Part shown: positions 11,504 through 22,139 of the stretch, piece after piece
Layout: each line of letters starts with the position of its first letter
Position numbering within the stretch: the first letter of the stretch is position 1
Virus record (IMG/VR): IMGVR_UViG_3300030085_003750
Coordinates: 32,001 to 96,000 of that record
Direction: 5' to 3' (one strand)
DNA from: a virus
DNA length: 64,000 nt
The notes under the pieces: generated by a model
The model's input: only the letters and a program-made list of their open reading frames with translations
What the model was told of the DNA's origin: nothing
Database searches by the model: none
Made by a program: the position numbers and the translations under genes

Positions 11504-14500
11504 TGGCGTTAACAGAAAAACAAATTCTAGAATCTCTTATACCAGAAGCAGAGGTTGAAAGCATAACCTTTGAAACGAACAAGAGTGGCGACGAAGAAGG
11601 AATTTTTGTTAGAATTGTATATTCTATTTCGGATGTCGTTGAACAGGATGTCATTGGTCAATGGTTTGACCAACAGGAATATGAAAAATACTTTTTACTA
11701 ACAACTCTGATGAAAGTAGATAATAATATTCCTATTATGTCAATAGAAAAATCAGCACTTTCGAATTCTACTGCGGGACAATTACTGGAAAGTACAGATG
11801 ATTCTAGAATTAAAAAATTTACTTTCGAAAAGACTTACCTTTTAAGTGAGCAACCAAAAGACTTGAAGTTCACAATTGAGACTAAATTTGATATTCGTCA
11901 AATGGAGACAGATTTTGGCATCGACCTTTTTGATTTGACTAAGATAAGTCTCATTAAGAGAAAAGAAATTGACATCTATAAAAATGAACAACTTCAATAT
12001 CCAATTCAAGACTTTAGATTAAGAGAAGAAATAAAAAAGTTTGAACTGTCAGAAGAACGTATTCAGACTTTTGAGTTTCTTAAAAGAGAAGTTACCAGCA
12101 AAGCAGAACTGAGTAGGCAAAGTGCAAAGGATTTCTTTTCAGACTTTTGGTTGACAAGAAATGCACAAGGCGAAGCAAAGTTTGTTTTTATATTTGATGC
12201 TGCTTCATTTTTCTTGAAGAAGAGCAGGTATAGAGAAATTTTTGAAAGACTTAATGCTCTGGAAAGATACGAAATTATTAGAAGAGTTCAGATTCCTTCT
12301 CTTAAAATTTTGAGAAAAAGAGTCAGAGTGGTACAAGATAAGAATGGTCGTAGCGTTATTGATTTTAAGGATGAGTACTCGTTAAAAGAAATTGTAGAAA
12401 CCAGAAAGGTTGCGAACCGTGGTGGATTTGATAAGGTGGTAACTGACGACGGTTCAATTATGCAAATAAATATAACTGGCGTGAGCGCAAATGCCTTAGA
12501 GGACAATAATCTTTTATTTGTGACAGGAACGGACTATGACATAGCAGGTGTAACCGACGGCGTTTATTCGTATGGAGTATCAATCGAGGTTCTTGACACC
12601 ACTCGACAAATTCTACTTGACAAATTGAAGGTCTTGAAAGATAGAATAAACTTGGTAGAAAATATTTTAAGTTCATCTCTTTTGCCAAAGTTTTATGATG
12701 CACAAACCGACATGTATAAAATGCCTTTGGACGAAATCGTTGCTGACGAGAATAAGATAAATAAGTTTAGGTCAACAAAGAGCAGGGTAAGAAATGTCTA
12801 CAGAGTTTTTATTGGTGGAAACAAATCTTCTAATAATTTAAGGGTTGACAATTTTTTTAGAATGGATATGATAAAGTCTCCCAAGGAGTTGGAATTAATT
12901 ATTGATGTTATGAAAAGTTTACTCAATAATGCTGCTTCAATCATTGGTGAATCAAATGATTATTTCACAGGTAAAAAAGATGCATCAGCATCGGACTTGA
13001 GAATCATAGAAGAGAAATTCTATTCAGAACCTAATAATATATTTGATTCTAACATTCCAAAAATGGAGGGTATGGAATATCTTTCTAATTTTGGAACAGA
13101 TAATCCAGATGCTGCAATGAGAGAAATAATGTCTCTCGCAAAAGACAACGGCGACGTTGGATTGAGGGTCATCGACGGCGGCGAGTATGAGAGTAGAGTC
13201 TCTGACGAAATAAGTAGATTCTTTGACCCAGGTACAACACAGGTAACTGTGCCCATGTTAAATACGCAGACAACAGGAACAAACGCTATCTCCTTGACTG
13301 GAACAGGTTCAGAGTTTTTTACTGTTTCCGCAGTCACGAGTCCAATCACTCAACCTTCAATTTTTTCAGGAAGAAGAGATGTGAGTGTAAGCAATGTAAT
13401 TGTTCAAGAAGATATCATTAGAAACATGGAAAGATACATTCCAGGTGTTCCAATTTACGCTTCAATTGACGAGAGCAAGGGAGCAGCGTATTTAGCAAGA
13501 AGTGGTGCAAATTTTGGTGACTCTTCAAAACAAGAAACACTTATAGACGAAGATTCAGGTAGAAGTTTTTCAACCTCTAGAACACGTCGCTTACCAGATA
13601 GAATTATCGAAAGACTCGAACAAGAGACAAGAAGAAGAGATTCAGAAGATTATGTAGCACGAAAAGCGTTTGAAGATTTTATCTTCAGTAAAGTATCCAA
13701 AGAGGTTAAAAGGTCTATAGGAGCACCAAGAATTGCTTCAGCAGCAAACTTACCATCAGGCGCACCTGGTTCTGTTTTTGAAGGCATGACGACTGTCAAG
13801 AAAAGGGAAACCATTGAAGGCGCACCGAATCAGGTTGTTGCTTATTCACTATTACCTCAAGAAGAAGTAAATGAATCATCATTTGTTGTAAGTTCAGAAT
13901 TTCTTACTAAAATTTCTTATTTATCAGGATTTGAGCAGGACGGTTCGAAAGAGAATGTTCGTCTTCCAAAGTGGGAAAGTCTCACTTTGGATGCCTATAG
14001 AAATAATTCCAACAAGAATTTACTTTGTAAAATAAACCCCTATCATGCACAGAAACTAGGTATAATAGCAACGCAATCAAAGACTCCAATTTATGACGCT
14101 TTCTTTATAGTAAAACCAGTAGGTACTTTTGTCTATGAGTATGAAGAGCAGCAACGCACTACTTCGGATTTACTCACTGCTGGCATGGAATTGGTACGTG
14201 AGACGGTTGAGATAGAAAATCAAATAAGTGATGTTAGGGAGCAGATAGAGCACCAAAGAGCACTTATTGACGCACAGCAAATGAGAGCAGATGAATTATC
14301 AGAAGAAATGGCAGAATTAAATGCTCGACTGAACCATCTTAGGGAAAACGAAGTACGGAGTTCTTTTGGTATCTTCGGAGCATCGGACGATTTTAGTGGC
14401 ATATATGATACTTTGGACACTTTGATGTCCGAATACTTAGGTATAACAGAGGTGACTATACCGAGAATAAGGGAAAGAATAGAATCATTCGAAGATTTTA

Positions 14501-14535
14501 TTACAGAACTCCAAGAGAGACTAAATAATTTATAA
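11503..14535 (+). CDS. Large hypothetical protein, probably virion structural, with C-terminal coiled coil
   Basis: ~1010-aa ORF. The ATG at 11503 overlaps the upstream TGA. No family recognised. Confidence 0.5.
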   Translation: MALTEKQILESLIPEAEVESITFETNKSGDEEGIFVRIVYSISDVVEQDVIGQWFDQQEYEKYFLLTTLMKVDNNIPIMSIEKSALSNSTAGQLLESTDDSRIKKFTFEKTYLLSEQPKDLKFTIETKFDIRQMETDFGIDLFDLTKISLIKRKEIDIYKNEQLQYPIQDFRLREEIKKFELSEERIQTFEFLKREVTSKAELSRQSAKDFFSDFWLTRNAQGEAKFVFIFDAASFFLKKSRYREIFERLNALERYEIIRRVQIPSLKILRKRVRVVQDKNGRSVIDFKDEYSLKEIVETRKVANRGGFDKVVTDDGSIMQINITGVSANALEDNNLLFVTGTDYDIAGVTDGVYSYGVSIEVLDTTRQILLDKLKVLKDRINLVENILSSSLLPKFYDAQTDMYKMPLDEIVADENKINKFRSTKSRVRNVYRVFIGGNKSSNNLRVDNFFRMDMIKSPKELELIIDVMKSLLNNAASIIGESNDYFTGKKDASASDLRIIEEKFYSEPNNIFDSNIPKMEGMEYLSNFGTDNPDAAMREIMSLAKDNGDVGLRVIDGGEYESRVSDEISRFFDPGTTQVTVPMLNTQTTGTNAISLTGTGSEFFTVSAVTSPITQPSIFSGRRDVSVSNVIVQEDIIRNMERYIPGVPIYASIDESKGAAYLARSGANFGDSSKQETLIDEDSGRSFSTSRTRRLPDRIIERLEQETRRRDSEDYVARKAFEDFIFSKVSKEVKRSIGAPRIASAANLPSGAPGSVFEGMTTVKKRETIEGAPNQVVAYSLLPQEEVNESSFVVSSEFLTKISYLSGFEQDGSKENVRLPKWESLTLDAYRNNSNKNLLCKINPYHAQKLGIIATQSKTPIYDAFFIVKPVGTFVYEYEEQQRTTSDLLTAGMELVRETVEIENQISDVREQIEHQRALIDAQQMRADELSEEMAELNARLNHLRENEVRSSFGIFGASDDFSGIYDTLDTLMSEYLGITEVTIPRIRERIESFEDFITELQERLNNL

Positions 14536-14552
14536 GATAAAGAGAGTTTATA

Positions 14553-16868
14553 ATGTCTGGAAATAAAGCAAATGAAAGCAAAAAAGTTGGAGATGAATTA
14601 TTCATCGTCGAGTCTAATCTTGCTTCCGTAGAGGAAGAGAGGATGAACTACATATTTCATTCAAGCACAGAGATAGACGACATTATTAGAAAAAAGTTTG
14701 GCGCTTTCTGGGTTAAACCCCCTGTTGGTAAGCAAGCATTTATGAGAACTAAGTCTCCGAACACTCCGATTAAAAGAGTTAGAGTGATAAGCGAAGAGAC
14801 ATTTCCAGAGTCTGGAATCACACATCAAGAGATGGAACTGACTTTTGACAATCTTTTCACTGCTGCACAAAACTATGAGCAAATAAGAGATTTTCTTCGA
14901 GAAGACAGAGAATATTATGACCATGCAACAACGATAAATATTTACGAAGAAGGAAACAACCTTGCTGAACAAGCGGCAGGAATCTTAAACCTTTATGCAG
15001 AGGTAAAGTCAGATTATAACTTTTTGGAAAGAACTTATGAAGAGTTCTTATCATCTGAAAGCGAGAGTATAAGAGAATTAGATTTACCTAATTTTTATAA
15101 CTTCTTAATGAGGGACAGTGGGGATATATCTGAAAAAATAGACAGGTCTGTCATTTTGACCCAAGGCGGTAGAATTAAACTGGGAGACCCTAACAAACTT
15201 GTGGGTGACGTAGTAAAACCAGTTAGTGATTACTTTTCAAAATGGGCAAATAACTTTTTAGAATATAAGAACGACACGTCTGCTTTTATGAAAAGTTACA
15301 AGATGCATAAAGTCTTTTTTACAAATAAAGAAACCGCAAGGTTAGAAGAACTTTATAGATATAAAGAAATATTCCCAATGATGAACACGATTGAATTTAA
15401 CATTGAGAATGATGCTAGACTTGGAACTACACTTGAAGAGACAAACTTTTCTTCTCAACTTAGAGGAATGATGACACCCTCTGCTGCAATCAATTTTAAC
15501 ACAGCGGAAGTTAGAAGTAATATGTCCGAGCGTTTAGTCTCTGATGATGGAGAGCAAAAGTTTGAGGAAGGAGCAATAACATCGACTGCTAGTAGACAAA
15601 CCAGGGTTCTTTACGATGTAGACACTTTCTTTGATAACTACGAACCTTTTCAGAGCGAAGAATTATTTTTAAATGATGACATTCTTGATGGTTCTAGTTA
15701 TCGTGCATTCTATAACCTGATGTCGATTATCACGAGGGGAAGAATCGAAAAGATAAAGAAGGAAGTCTTCAGAGATTATAAAGAATTGCTAGAAGGAAAG
15801 ACTGCTTACAGTGAACCAGTTTTCTACAAGGTAAGCAAGTTCGACGAAGAGAATAATTTGCTACAAACTTTTAATTTTACAAACACGGACAAGTTAGAGG
15901 TTATTAAGTTTGTCGATACTCAGGTTAAATTTGATAAAAGGTATCGTTATGAAATAACCTCTGCAAACCTTGTTATCGGTACAAAGTATCGCTTTGATTT
16001 TATACAACTCGGTCGTGACTCTCGTGGTCGTCCAACAAAAATAAAATTTAAATCAACATCAGAACCATCAGTAAAAATTATTGAAGTTCCTGTTTTTGAA
16101 AAGTCAGTAATCATTCACGATAATCCTCCGATTGCACCCGAGATAACTCCAATATTTTTCAGAGGTGTAAATAATAAAGTTAACTTCTTTTTCAACTCGG
16201 CAGTCGGTCGATATAAAGCGGAACCTGTTTTGTTTAGAGCAGGAGAGGAAGCACTGATAAACAAATATAAAATAGCACAAGATATTTCCGAGGAAGAAAA
16301 GGAGATAATGTTCGAAACCGACGATAGTGTGAATAGGTTTACATTATACAAGATGAGCAGCAAACCTACCTCTTATCAAGATTTTGAAAACAAGGGAGAG
16401 AGTGTTGAGATAAATACGGAAAAGGCATCTTCTGCTTCTTACCTAGACACCATATCTCCAAATAAGAAATATTACTATTGTTTAAGGTCGAGAGACTATC
16501 ACAACAACCTTTCTTATCCAAGCGTTATCTACGAGATAGAAGTGGTGGACGATGCGGGTTCCATTTATCCTATTAGTAGAATATGTGAGTTTGATAAACC
16601 AGTAACTAAGCAGAGTAAGAAAGGCGTGAAAAGATTTATTCACATCAAACCATCATTTAGAAATCTGCTCTCGAATCAAGAGGAAATGGGAACAGAAGAT
16701 TCAGATGGTCCAGAGTTGGGACAGCAGGTTGTCCTTGGAGAAGGAAGAGATATTACTTGGGGAAAGCGATTTAAATTAAGATTGACTTCCAAGTCAACGG
16801 GAAAGAAAATTGACTTTAATTTTACTTTCAACACAAAACAGGATAGAGAAGTTTCAGAACAAACATAA
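14553..16868 (+). CDS. Hypothetical structural protein with beta-rich (FN3-like) C-terminal half
   Basis: 771-aa ORF with FVDTQVKFDKRYRYEI and YLDTISPNKKYYYCLRS motifs, reminiscent of FN3-like strands. Confidence 0.45.
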   Translation: MSGNKANESKKVGDELFIVESNLASVEEERMNYIFHSSTEIDDIIRKKFGAFWVKPPVGKQAFMRTKSPNTPIKRVRVISEETFPESGITHQEMELTFDNLFTAAQNYEQIRDFLREDREYYDHATTINIYEEGNNLAEQAAGILNLYAEVKSDYNFLERTYEEFLSSESESIRELDLPNFYNFLMRDSGDISEKIDRSVILTQGGRIKLGDPNKLVGDVVKPVSDYFSKWANNFLEYKNDTSAFMKSYKMHKVFFTNKETARLEELYRYKEIFPMMNTIEFNIENDARLGTTLEETNFSSQLRGMMTPSAAINFNTAEVRSNMSERLVSDDGEQKFEEGAITSTASRQTRVLYDVDTFFDNYEPFQSEELFLNDDILDGSSYRAFYNLMSIITRGRIEKIKKEVFRDYKELLEGKTAYSEPVFYKVSKFDEENNLLQTFNFTNTDKLEVIKFVDTQVKFDKRYRYEITSANLVIGTKYRFDFIQLGRDSRGRPTKIKFKSTSEPSVKIIEVPVFEKSVIIHDNPPIAPEITPIFFRGVNNKVNFFFNSAVGRYKAEPVLFRAGEEALINKYKIAQDISEEEKEIMFETDDSVNRFTLYKMSSKPTSYQDFENKGESVEINTEKASSASYLDTISPNKKYYYCLRSRDYHNNLSYPSVIYEIEVVDDAGSIYPISRICEFDKPVTKQSKKGVKRFIHIKPSFRNLLSNQEEMGTEDSDGPELGQQVVLGEGRDITWGKRFKLRLTSKSTGKKIDFNFTFNTKQDREVSEQT

Positions 16869-16930
16869 TTATTTACGAATCAAGCATTATTTATATAATA
16901 AACTAATTATAATGCGGAGGATAGAACAAA

Positions 16931-17908
16931 ATGGCATTTTTAGATAACTCAGGCGACATCATTCTTGACGCAGTTTTAACTGACACAGGTAGAATGAGAT
17001 TAGCAAAAGGCGACGGCACTTTCAAGATTGTAAAGTTTGCCCTTGGTGACGACGAGATTGATTACGGTCTCTTTGATAAGAACCATGCAAGTGGTTCAGC
17101 GTACTATGATTTGGCAATCATGCAAACCCCAGTATTGGAAGCATTTACAAATAACACTTCTTTGCTAAAGCACAAACTTATTTCTATGCCACAAACAAAT
17201 CTACTCTATCTTCCAGTTGTCAAGTTAGATGACCAGGCAGACGGCAATGCGGCAGTGAAGGTTCCTTCTAGCACCATTAGTGCTCATGCAACTCAGATGA
17301 CTTCAACAGTCGGCGACCCAGGTACTGGTCTTTACCTTCTTCCTGCTGATGACGAAACCCTCGCATATCTGAAGGGATATTCAATCACTGGCGTTTTGGA
17401 TTCCAGTAAGGCGTTTTTGAAGGCAATGCAAGGTTTGGATACTAGCGATATTTCATACACTAGAGCAATCAGCAGTGATTTAAGAGAGACTCAGTATATC
17501 GTTCAAGTTGACAATAGATTAGCACAAGTAGTCAAGAGCGACAACAATGACAGAACTGCAACAGTTTCTTACATTGACGACGACCAGATTGCTTCCTACT
17601 ATTTCTCGACACAGGATTCTGAATATGTTCGCACGCTAGAGGTTCCGAGTACACAACCAGATATCATCAGAGGTCCACAAGGTTCTGAGGTCATGTTTAA
17701 TCTTTATCGTTCGGAAGAGATTGAGACAAGTACTTCTTTGTTTGCTGAACTCGGCGGTGGCGCAGGCAGTGTAATGACTATTGACAACATTTCAAGTGGT
17801 GACGATGAGTTCTACTACATTGATACAAATGTTAGAATCTCAGGTGCTACGACTGGTAGCAGCATCGACATTCCAGTCAGAGTAATGAAATATTACCGAA
17901 CAGTTTAA
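16931..17908 (+). CDS. Putative baseplate/tail-fibre junction protein
   Basis: SD GCGGAGG upstream. The N-terminus VLTDTGRMRLAKG...IVKFALGDD resembles the N-terminal motif of tail-collar fibre (DUF3751-like) proteins. Confidence 0.55.
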   Translation: MAFLDNSGDIILDAVLTDTGRMRLAKGDGTFKIVKFALGDDEIDYGLFDKNHASGSAYYDLAIMQTPVLEAFTNNTSLLKHKLISMPQTNLLYLPVVKLDDQADGNAAVKVPSSTISAHATQMTSTVGDPGTGLYLLPADDETLAYLKGYSITGVLDSSKAFLKAMQGLDTSDISYTRAISSDLRETQYIVQVDNRLAQVVKSDNNDRTATVSYIDDDQIASYYFSTQDSEYVRTLEVPSTQPDIIRGPQGSEVMFNLYRSEEIETSTSLFAELGGGAGSVMTIDNISSGDDEFYYIDTNVRISGATTGSSIDIPVRVMKYYRTV

Positions 17909-17927
17909 TAAAAGAGGATAACAAAAA

Positions 17928-19049
17928 ATGGCATCAACATTTAAAACATTCGTAAGCGACGACATTGCAAACACAAGAACACTTCTTCATGAAGCAATTC
18001 CAATTACAGGTTCTATTGTCAATAGTGTAACATACACCTCGGACGAGAACATCAAATCTTACGGACATGGAATGTTTCAGTCTGTTTATGATTATCCCTA
18101 TACCTCTTCTTCTGCGAATCACATTTTTGATATGACTTATGGTAGTCACTCTACGGACGGCGAGAGCAATCCATTAAATGATTACACGACGAAGAGAAAT
18201 AATATTTACAATCAAATGGCACAAGTTCTTGTCGGACATGATGTTAGCGGAAACATAAGAAAATTCGATGTAGACGGTGACTTAACTGGTGGCACGACTT
18301 ACGATGACTTGTTGTTTTTCAACTTTGCACGACTCCTTGGCAAAGACGAAATTAAAAAAGGTACATTTCTATTAACGCTTGGAGTCACAACATCGCATTC
18401 CGCAACGGTGACCAATATGCATTCCATCCATGCGGCAATAACTGACACTGGTGCAGAGTCTGATTACAGAGTAAACTCACCAGCAGGAGAATACGCTGTC
18501 TTGAGAATAAATGAGGCAACAACAGACGGCGGCGGGTCAGCAGTAGATGCAAATGCAGAGAATGCGCCATGTGGATTAATTTACTATCAGGCAGGAATCG
18601 TGGCACTTGACGCAAAGATTTTAAATCAAAACTCTTCAGCGACACCACAAAATGATGGATATCTTGACAGTGTTACATCTTTGAATGGCACCACAGAGAA
18701 TGAGGCAGAAGAAATCATTGCCTCTGCAACGACCAGTACAGATTCTTTTCTTGGCGATGTTCGCAAAAGAATTGTAAACATTCAGTTCAGCAATACAACT
18801 GAGTTGAATTCAACCATTTACTTTTGCAGAGTTGGGCACAATGACTTCAACTACAGTTCTAACCCAACTTACTTGGAGAACAGCAAGATTCGAGTAAAGA
18901 ACAAGACAACGGATGCCCCTGTTTCTTACATCACGACAGTAGGTTTATACTCAGCAGATAACGAGATGCTTGCAGTTGCAAAATTATCAGAACCACTTCG
19001 TAAAGACCCAACGAACGACATTACTCTCAGAGTCCGTCTTGACTACTAA
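17928..19049 (+). CDS. Putative baseplate/tail-fibre junction protein, paralog of 19068
   Basis: C-terminal NYSSNPTY...YITTVGLYSADNEMLAVAKLSEPLRK. It shares IKKG, G.I.Y..G.VAL and NYS.NPT motifs with the next ORF. Confidence 0.55.
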   Translation: MASTFKTFVSDDIANTRTLLHEAIPITGSIVNSVTYTSDENIKSYGHGMFQSVYDYPYTSSSANHIFDMTYGSHSTDGESNPLNDYTTKRNNIYNQMAQVLVGHDVSGNIRKFDVDGDLTGGTTYDDLLFFNFARLLGKDEIKKGTFLLTLGVTTSHSATVTNMHSIHAAITDTGAESDYRVNSPAGEYAVLRINEATTDGGGSAVDANAENAPCGLIYYQAGIVALDAKILNQNSSATPQNDGYLDSVTSLNGTTENEAEEIIASATTSTDSFLGDVRKRIVNIQFSNTTELNSTIYFCRVGHNDFNYSSNPTYLENSKIRVKNKTTDAPVSYITTVGLYSADNEMLAVAKLSEPLRKDPTNDITLRVRLDY

Positions 19050-19067
19050 AAGTTAGGAGGACTAAAA

Positions 19068-20624
19068 GTGTCTTACTATAAGTTTGAACAGAATGACATT
19101 TTCACAAACAGAATCAAGGCACACCCTCGCTCTTATTTCCTTGTTAATGATAGTAAAACTTATTACAACAATGATATCCTGCCAATCCGTTCGGGAACGG
19201 AGACTATTCTCGGTGGCGCACAGGGTGAAATAAGTTTATATGAGATGAACATAAACAGAGACCCAGCAGATGGTCTTATTTATCCCTATGTAACAAAAGA
19301 GGGAACATTGGGGAACTTTAAATCAATCTCAACTGAATCTTTTCAGTCTTTTGATTATGGTACTCAGATTTCAGGTTCCTATCCTTTGAAATCAACTATT
19401 TCAACAGATTACTATACATCTTCTGACAGGGACAGAATCTACGCACTTAAAAATGCTTTTAATTACCACAAGACTCTTAGTAACCATTATGCGTTTGAAA
19501 CAACAGACTGGAACAAGGCAACTCAGGATATAAGACTTATTTCTATTCCATCTATCTTTTATGGTTCATCAATTAAAAAGGGAAGCGTGAAAATGAACCT
19601 TTACATATCTGGTTCTCTTGTGGCAACTGTTGAAGATACTGCGAGAAACGGTGAACTTATTCAGACCTATGAGGCGACTTATATCACTGCACCTGCAACC
19701 GAAGCAGTCGGCAACGTACAGTTCACAAGCGCCAATGCTGCTGACTATGACAATAAAAGGGTGATATTAGAGGATGCAGCGGGCACGGAGGTGACATTTA
19801 TTTTTGATTCAACTGGTACAGAGGGACCAACGGGAACAGTAGATGGTTCAGGGTTTATAGTGGTACAGGTAAGTGGGTTCGTAGCAGTATCTTTGTATCT
19901 ATTGGAGTTTAATACGGCAATTAATTCCAGTTCACTTCAAATAACGCCAAATATTGTACTTCCGTTCGGCATTGTAGGTTTGACTCAGGATTTAAGTGGA
20001 GAATCTGGAAACACAACGATTCAAGACCCTGATTCGATTGCTGGATTTAATATAACACAGTTTGTTGGAGGCAGCGACGCAGTGTCAACAACAGGGCAAG
20101 AAAATAAAGGCAAAGTAGCAGGAGTTGTTCTTTATGATGAGGGGTTTGTTGCGCTTACTGGTTCTTGGGACTTGAATTCCAACACTGAAGACTATGATGG
20201 CGCACCGCTTGCAACACCGAAATGGAAACTTTGGGGCGCTGATGCAGCACCAAGTTCCTCTTGGGATATTGACTTCCTTGGAACAAACTATATTCCAACT
20301 ATGACAATGCTCGCACACGCAAAGCAAGGCGACTTGAACTATTCAAACAATCCAACATTTATTGACTTTGAAGACAGGAACGATGGAGTCGAGGAAGCAC
20401 CACTTTCTCCCAATAAATTCGTCGAAGACAAAGAACTTCACATTGCTAATGTAGTTCAATCTCCTTATCCAAACACTTCTGGTTCATTTGAAAAGACAAC
20501 TTATATCTCTAAGATTGGTATTTACGACGAGAACAAGAATCTTATCGGTATTGCTAAACTTGCTACACCAGTTAAGAAAACAGAGAGCAGACAATACACA
20601 TTCAAAATGAAAGTAGACTTTTAG
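19068..20624 (+). CDS. Putative baseplate/tail-fibre junction protein with an inserted domain
   Basis: GTG start after AGGAGG. C-terminal NYSNNPTF...YISKIGIYDENKNLIGIAKLATPVKK. Confidence 0.55.
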   Translation: MSYYKFEQNDIFTNRIKAHPRSYFLVNDSKTYYNNDILPIRSGTETILGGAQGEISLYEMNINRDPADGLIYPYVTKEGTLGNFKSISTESFQSFDYGTQISGSYPLKSTISTDYYTSSDRDRIYALKNAFNYHKTLSNHYAFETTDWNKATQDIRLISIPSIFYGSSIKKGSVKMNLYISGSLVATVEDTARNGELIQTYEATYITAPATEAVGNVQFTSANAADYDNKRVILEDAAGTEVTFIFDSTGTEGPTGTVDGSGFIVVQVSGFVAVSLYLLEFNTAINSSSLQITPNIVLPFGIVGLTQDLSGESGNTTIQDPDSIAGFNITQFVGGSDAVSTTGQENKGKVAGVVLYDEGFVALTGSWDLNSNTEDYDGAPLATPKWKLWGADAAPSSSWDIDFLGTNYIPTMTMLAHAKQGDLNYSNNPTFIDFEDRNDGVEEAPLSPNKFVEDKELHIANVVQSPYPNTSGSFEKTTYISKIGIYDENKNLIGIAKLATPVKKTESRQYTFKMKVDF

Positions 20625-21139
20625 TGATATTAGGTTTAGACATTTCAACTTCCATTACAGGCGCAACTTTAATAGACATCAACGGAAACGTTGTTGTGAT
20701 GGAATCAATCGACACACGCAAATACAAGAACTTTTTCGAGAAAGCAGAAAAAGTAAAATTATTCTTGACAAACTTATCAAAAGAGCATAAAGTAGAAGAA
20801 GTATATATTGAGCAATCTCTACAATCTTTTCGTTCGGGATTCTCATCAGCAAAGACACTTTCAACACTTTCACGATTTAACGGAGTTGTAAGTTGGATGT
20901 GCTATTCTATTTGGAATATCGAACCAGAATACCTTGCAGCAACCTCTGCGAGAAAATTGTGTGGGATTAAAGTTCCGAAAGGGCAAAAAGCAAAACCAGT
21001 TGTTTTAGACTTCGTTCTTAACAATGAACCTACCTTTGTGATAGAATATACAAAACAAGGTAATCCCAAACCTGACTCTTTTGATAGAGCAGATAGTTGG
21101 GTTATTGCCCGAGCAGGATTTATGAAAAAAACCACTTGA
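20624..21139 (+). CDS. RuvC-like Holliday junction resolvase
   Basis: ILGLDISTSITG, YIEQ and DRADS give the RNase H/RuvC catalytic acidic residues. Confidence 0.8.
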   Translation: MILGLDISTSITGATLIDINGNVVVMESIDTRKYKNFFEKAEKVKLFLTNLSKEHKVEEVYIEQSLQSFRSGFSSAKTLSTLSRFNGVVSWMCYSIWNIEPEYLAATSARKLCGIKVPKGQKAKPVVLDFVLNNEPTFVIEYTKQGNPKPDSFDRADSWVIARAGFMKKTT

Positions 21140-21164
21140 CTTATCATTTTATTTTTGTTATCTT
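21136..21164 (+). promoter_or_regulatory. Sigma70-type (early/middle) promoter upstream of primase
   Basis: TTGACT (21136-21141), a 17-bp spacer ending in TGn, then TATCTT (21159-21164). Confidence 0.6.
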
Positions 21165-21192
21165 ATAAGAAAATAATAATGAGGTTTTATAG

Positions 21193-22128
21193 TTGTCGTC
21201 TAAAATAAGTATTCTAAAAAAAGTAATGGGAAGTTGCTATCACTCTGGTGATGAGGTTTTATTCTTCTGCCCAAAGTGCAAGCACCATAAAAAGAAATTA
21301 TCCGTTAACTTAGACAAAAACAAATTTAAGTGCTGGGTTTGCGAGTTCCGTGGAAACAATGTTCGCCGCTTGATACGTCGCTTTGGTTCGTTTAAGCAGC
21401 AGCAAGAGTGGGCAAAGATTGACGACACCATTGAGATTGCTTCATTTGAAGATGTGTTTTCGACAGAGCAGGAGATTGAAGAAAAGGTAGAACAAGTAAT
21501 TGACTTACCAGAAAACTTTAAAACCTTGTGTTCATCTAACTTGTCTCTTGCAACAAGACCTATCTTTAGATTTTTGCATGAACGTGGTGTAAGTAAACAA
21601 GACATTCTCAAGTGGAAGATGGGATACTGTTCATCAGGAGACTATAAAGAAAGAGTTGTGATTCCGTCATTTAACGAGGACGGAAATATAAACTACTTTA
21701 TTGCCAGAACTTACGGCAATGATTGGATGAAATACAAGAATCCACCAGCAAGTCGAGACATTGTATTCAACGAACTTTATGTTGATTTTGATGATGACTT
21801 AGTGATTGTCGAAGGTGTTTTTGATGCGATTGTTGCAGGCAATGCAGTCCCTATACTTGGTTCTTCTCTGAGAGAAGATTCAAAATTATTGAAGAAAGTA
21901 GTAGAACATGACACGCCAGTTTACATTGCGCTTGACCCTGATGTCGAAGCAAAAGCAATGAGATTAATAAAAAAAATGTTGACATTAGATATAGAAGTCT
22001 ATAAGATAGATATAACTCCATACGCAGATGTAGGGGAGATGACTAAAAAACAATTTAACATAAGAAAGCAGAGCGCTGAACTTATGACTAATGACTCGTT
22101 TTTAGAGCGAGCAATTTTTAGTATTTAG
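21193..22128 (+). CDS. DNA primase (Zn finger plus TOPRIM, DnaG/gp61-like)
   Basis: CPKC...KCWVC zinc finger, RVVIP...YFIAR, and TOPRIM motifs IVEGVFDA and ALDPD. Confidence 0.88.
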   Translation: MSSKISILKKVMGSCYHSGDEVLFFCPKCKHHKKKLSVNLDKNKFKCWVCEFRGNNVRRLIRRFGSFKQQQEWAKIDDTIEIASFEDVFSTEQEIEEKVEQVIDLPENFKTLCSSNLSLATRPIFRFLHERGVSKQDILKWKMGYCSSGDYKERVVIPSFNEDGNINYFIARTYGNDWMKYKNPPASRDIVFNELYVDFDDDLVIVEGVFDAIVAGNAVPILGSSLREDSKLLKKVVEHDTPVYIALDPDVEAKAMRLIKKMLTLDIEVYKIDITPYADVGEMTKKQFNIRKQSAELMTNDSFLERAIFSI

Positions 22129-22139
22129 GAGAGTAACAC

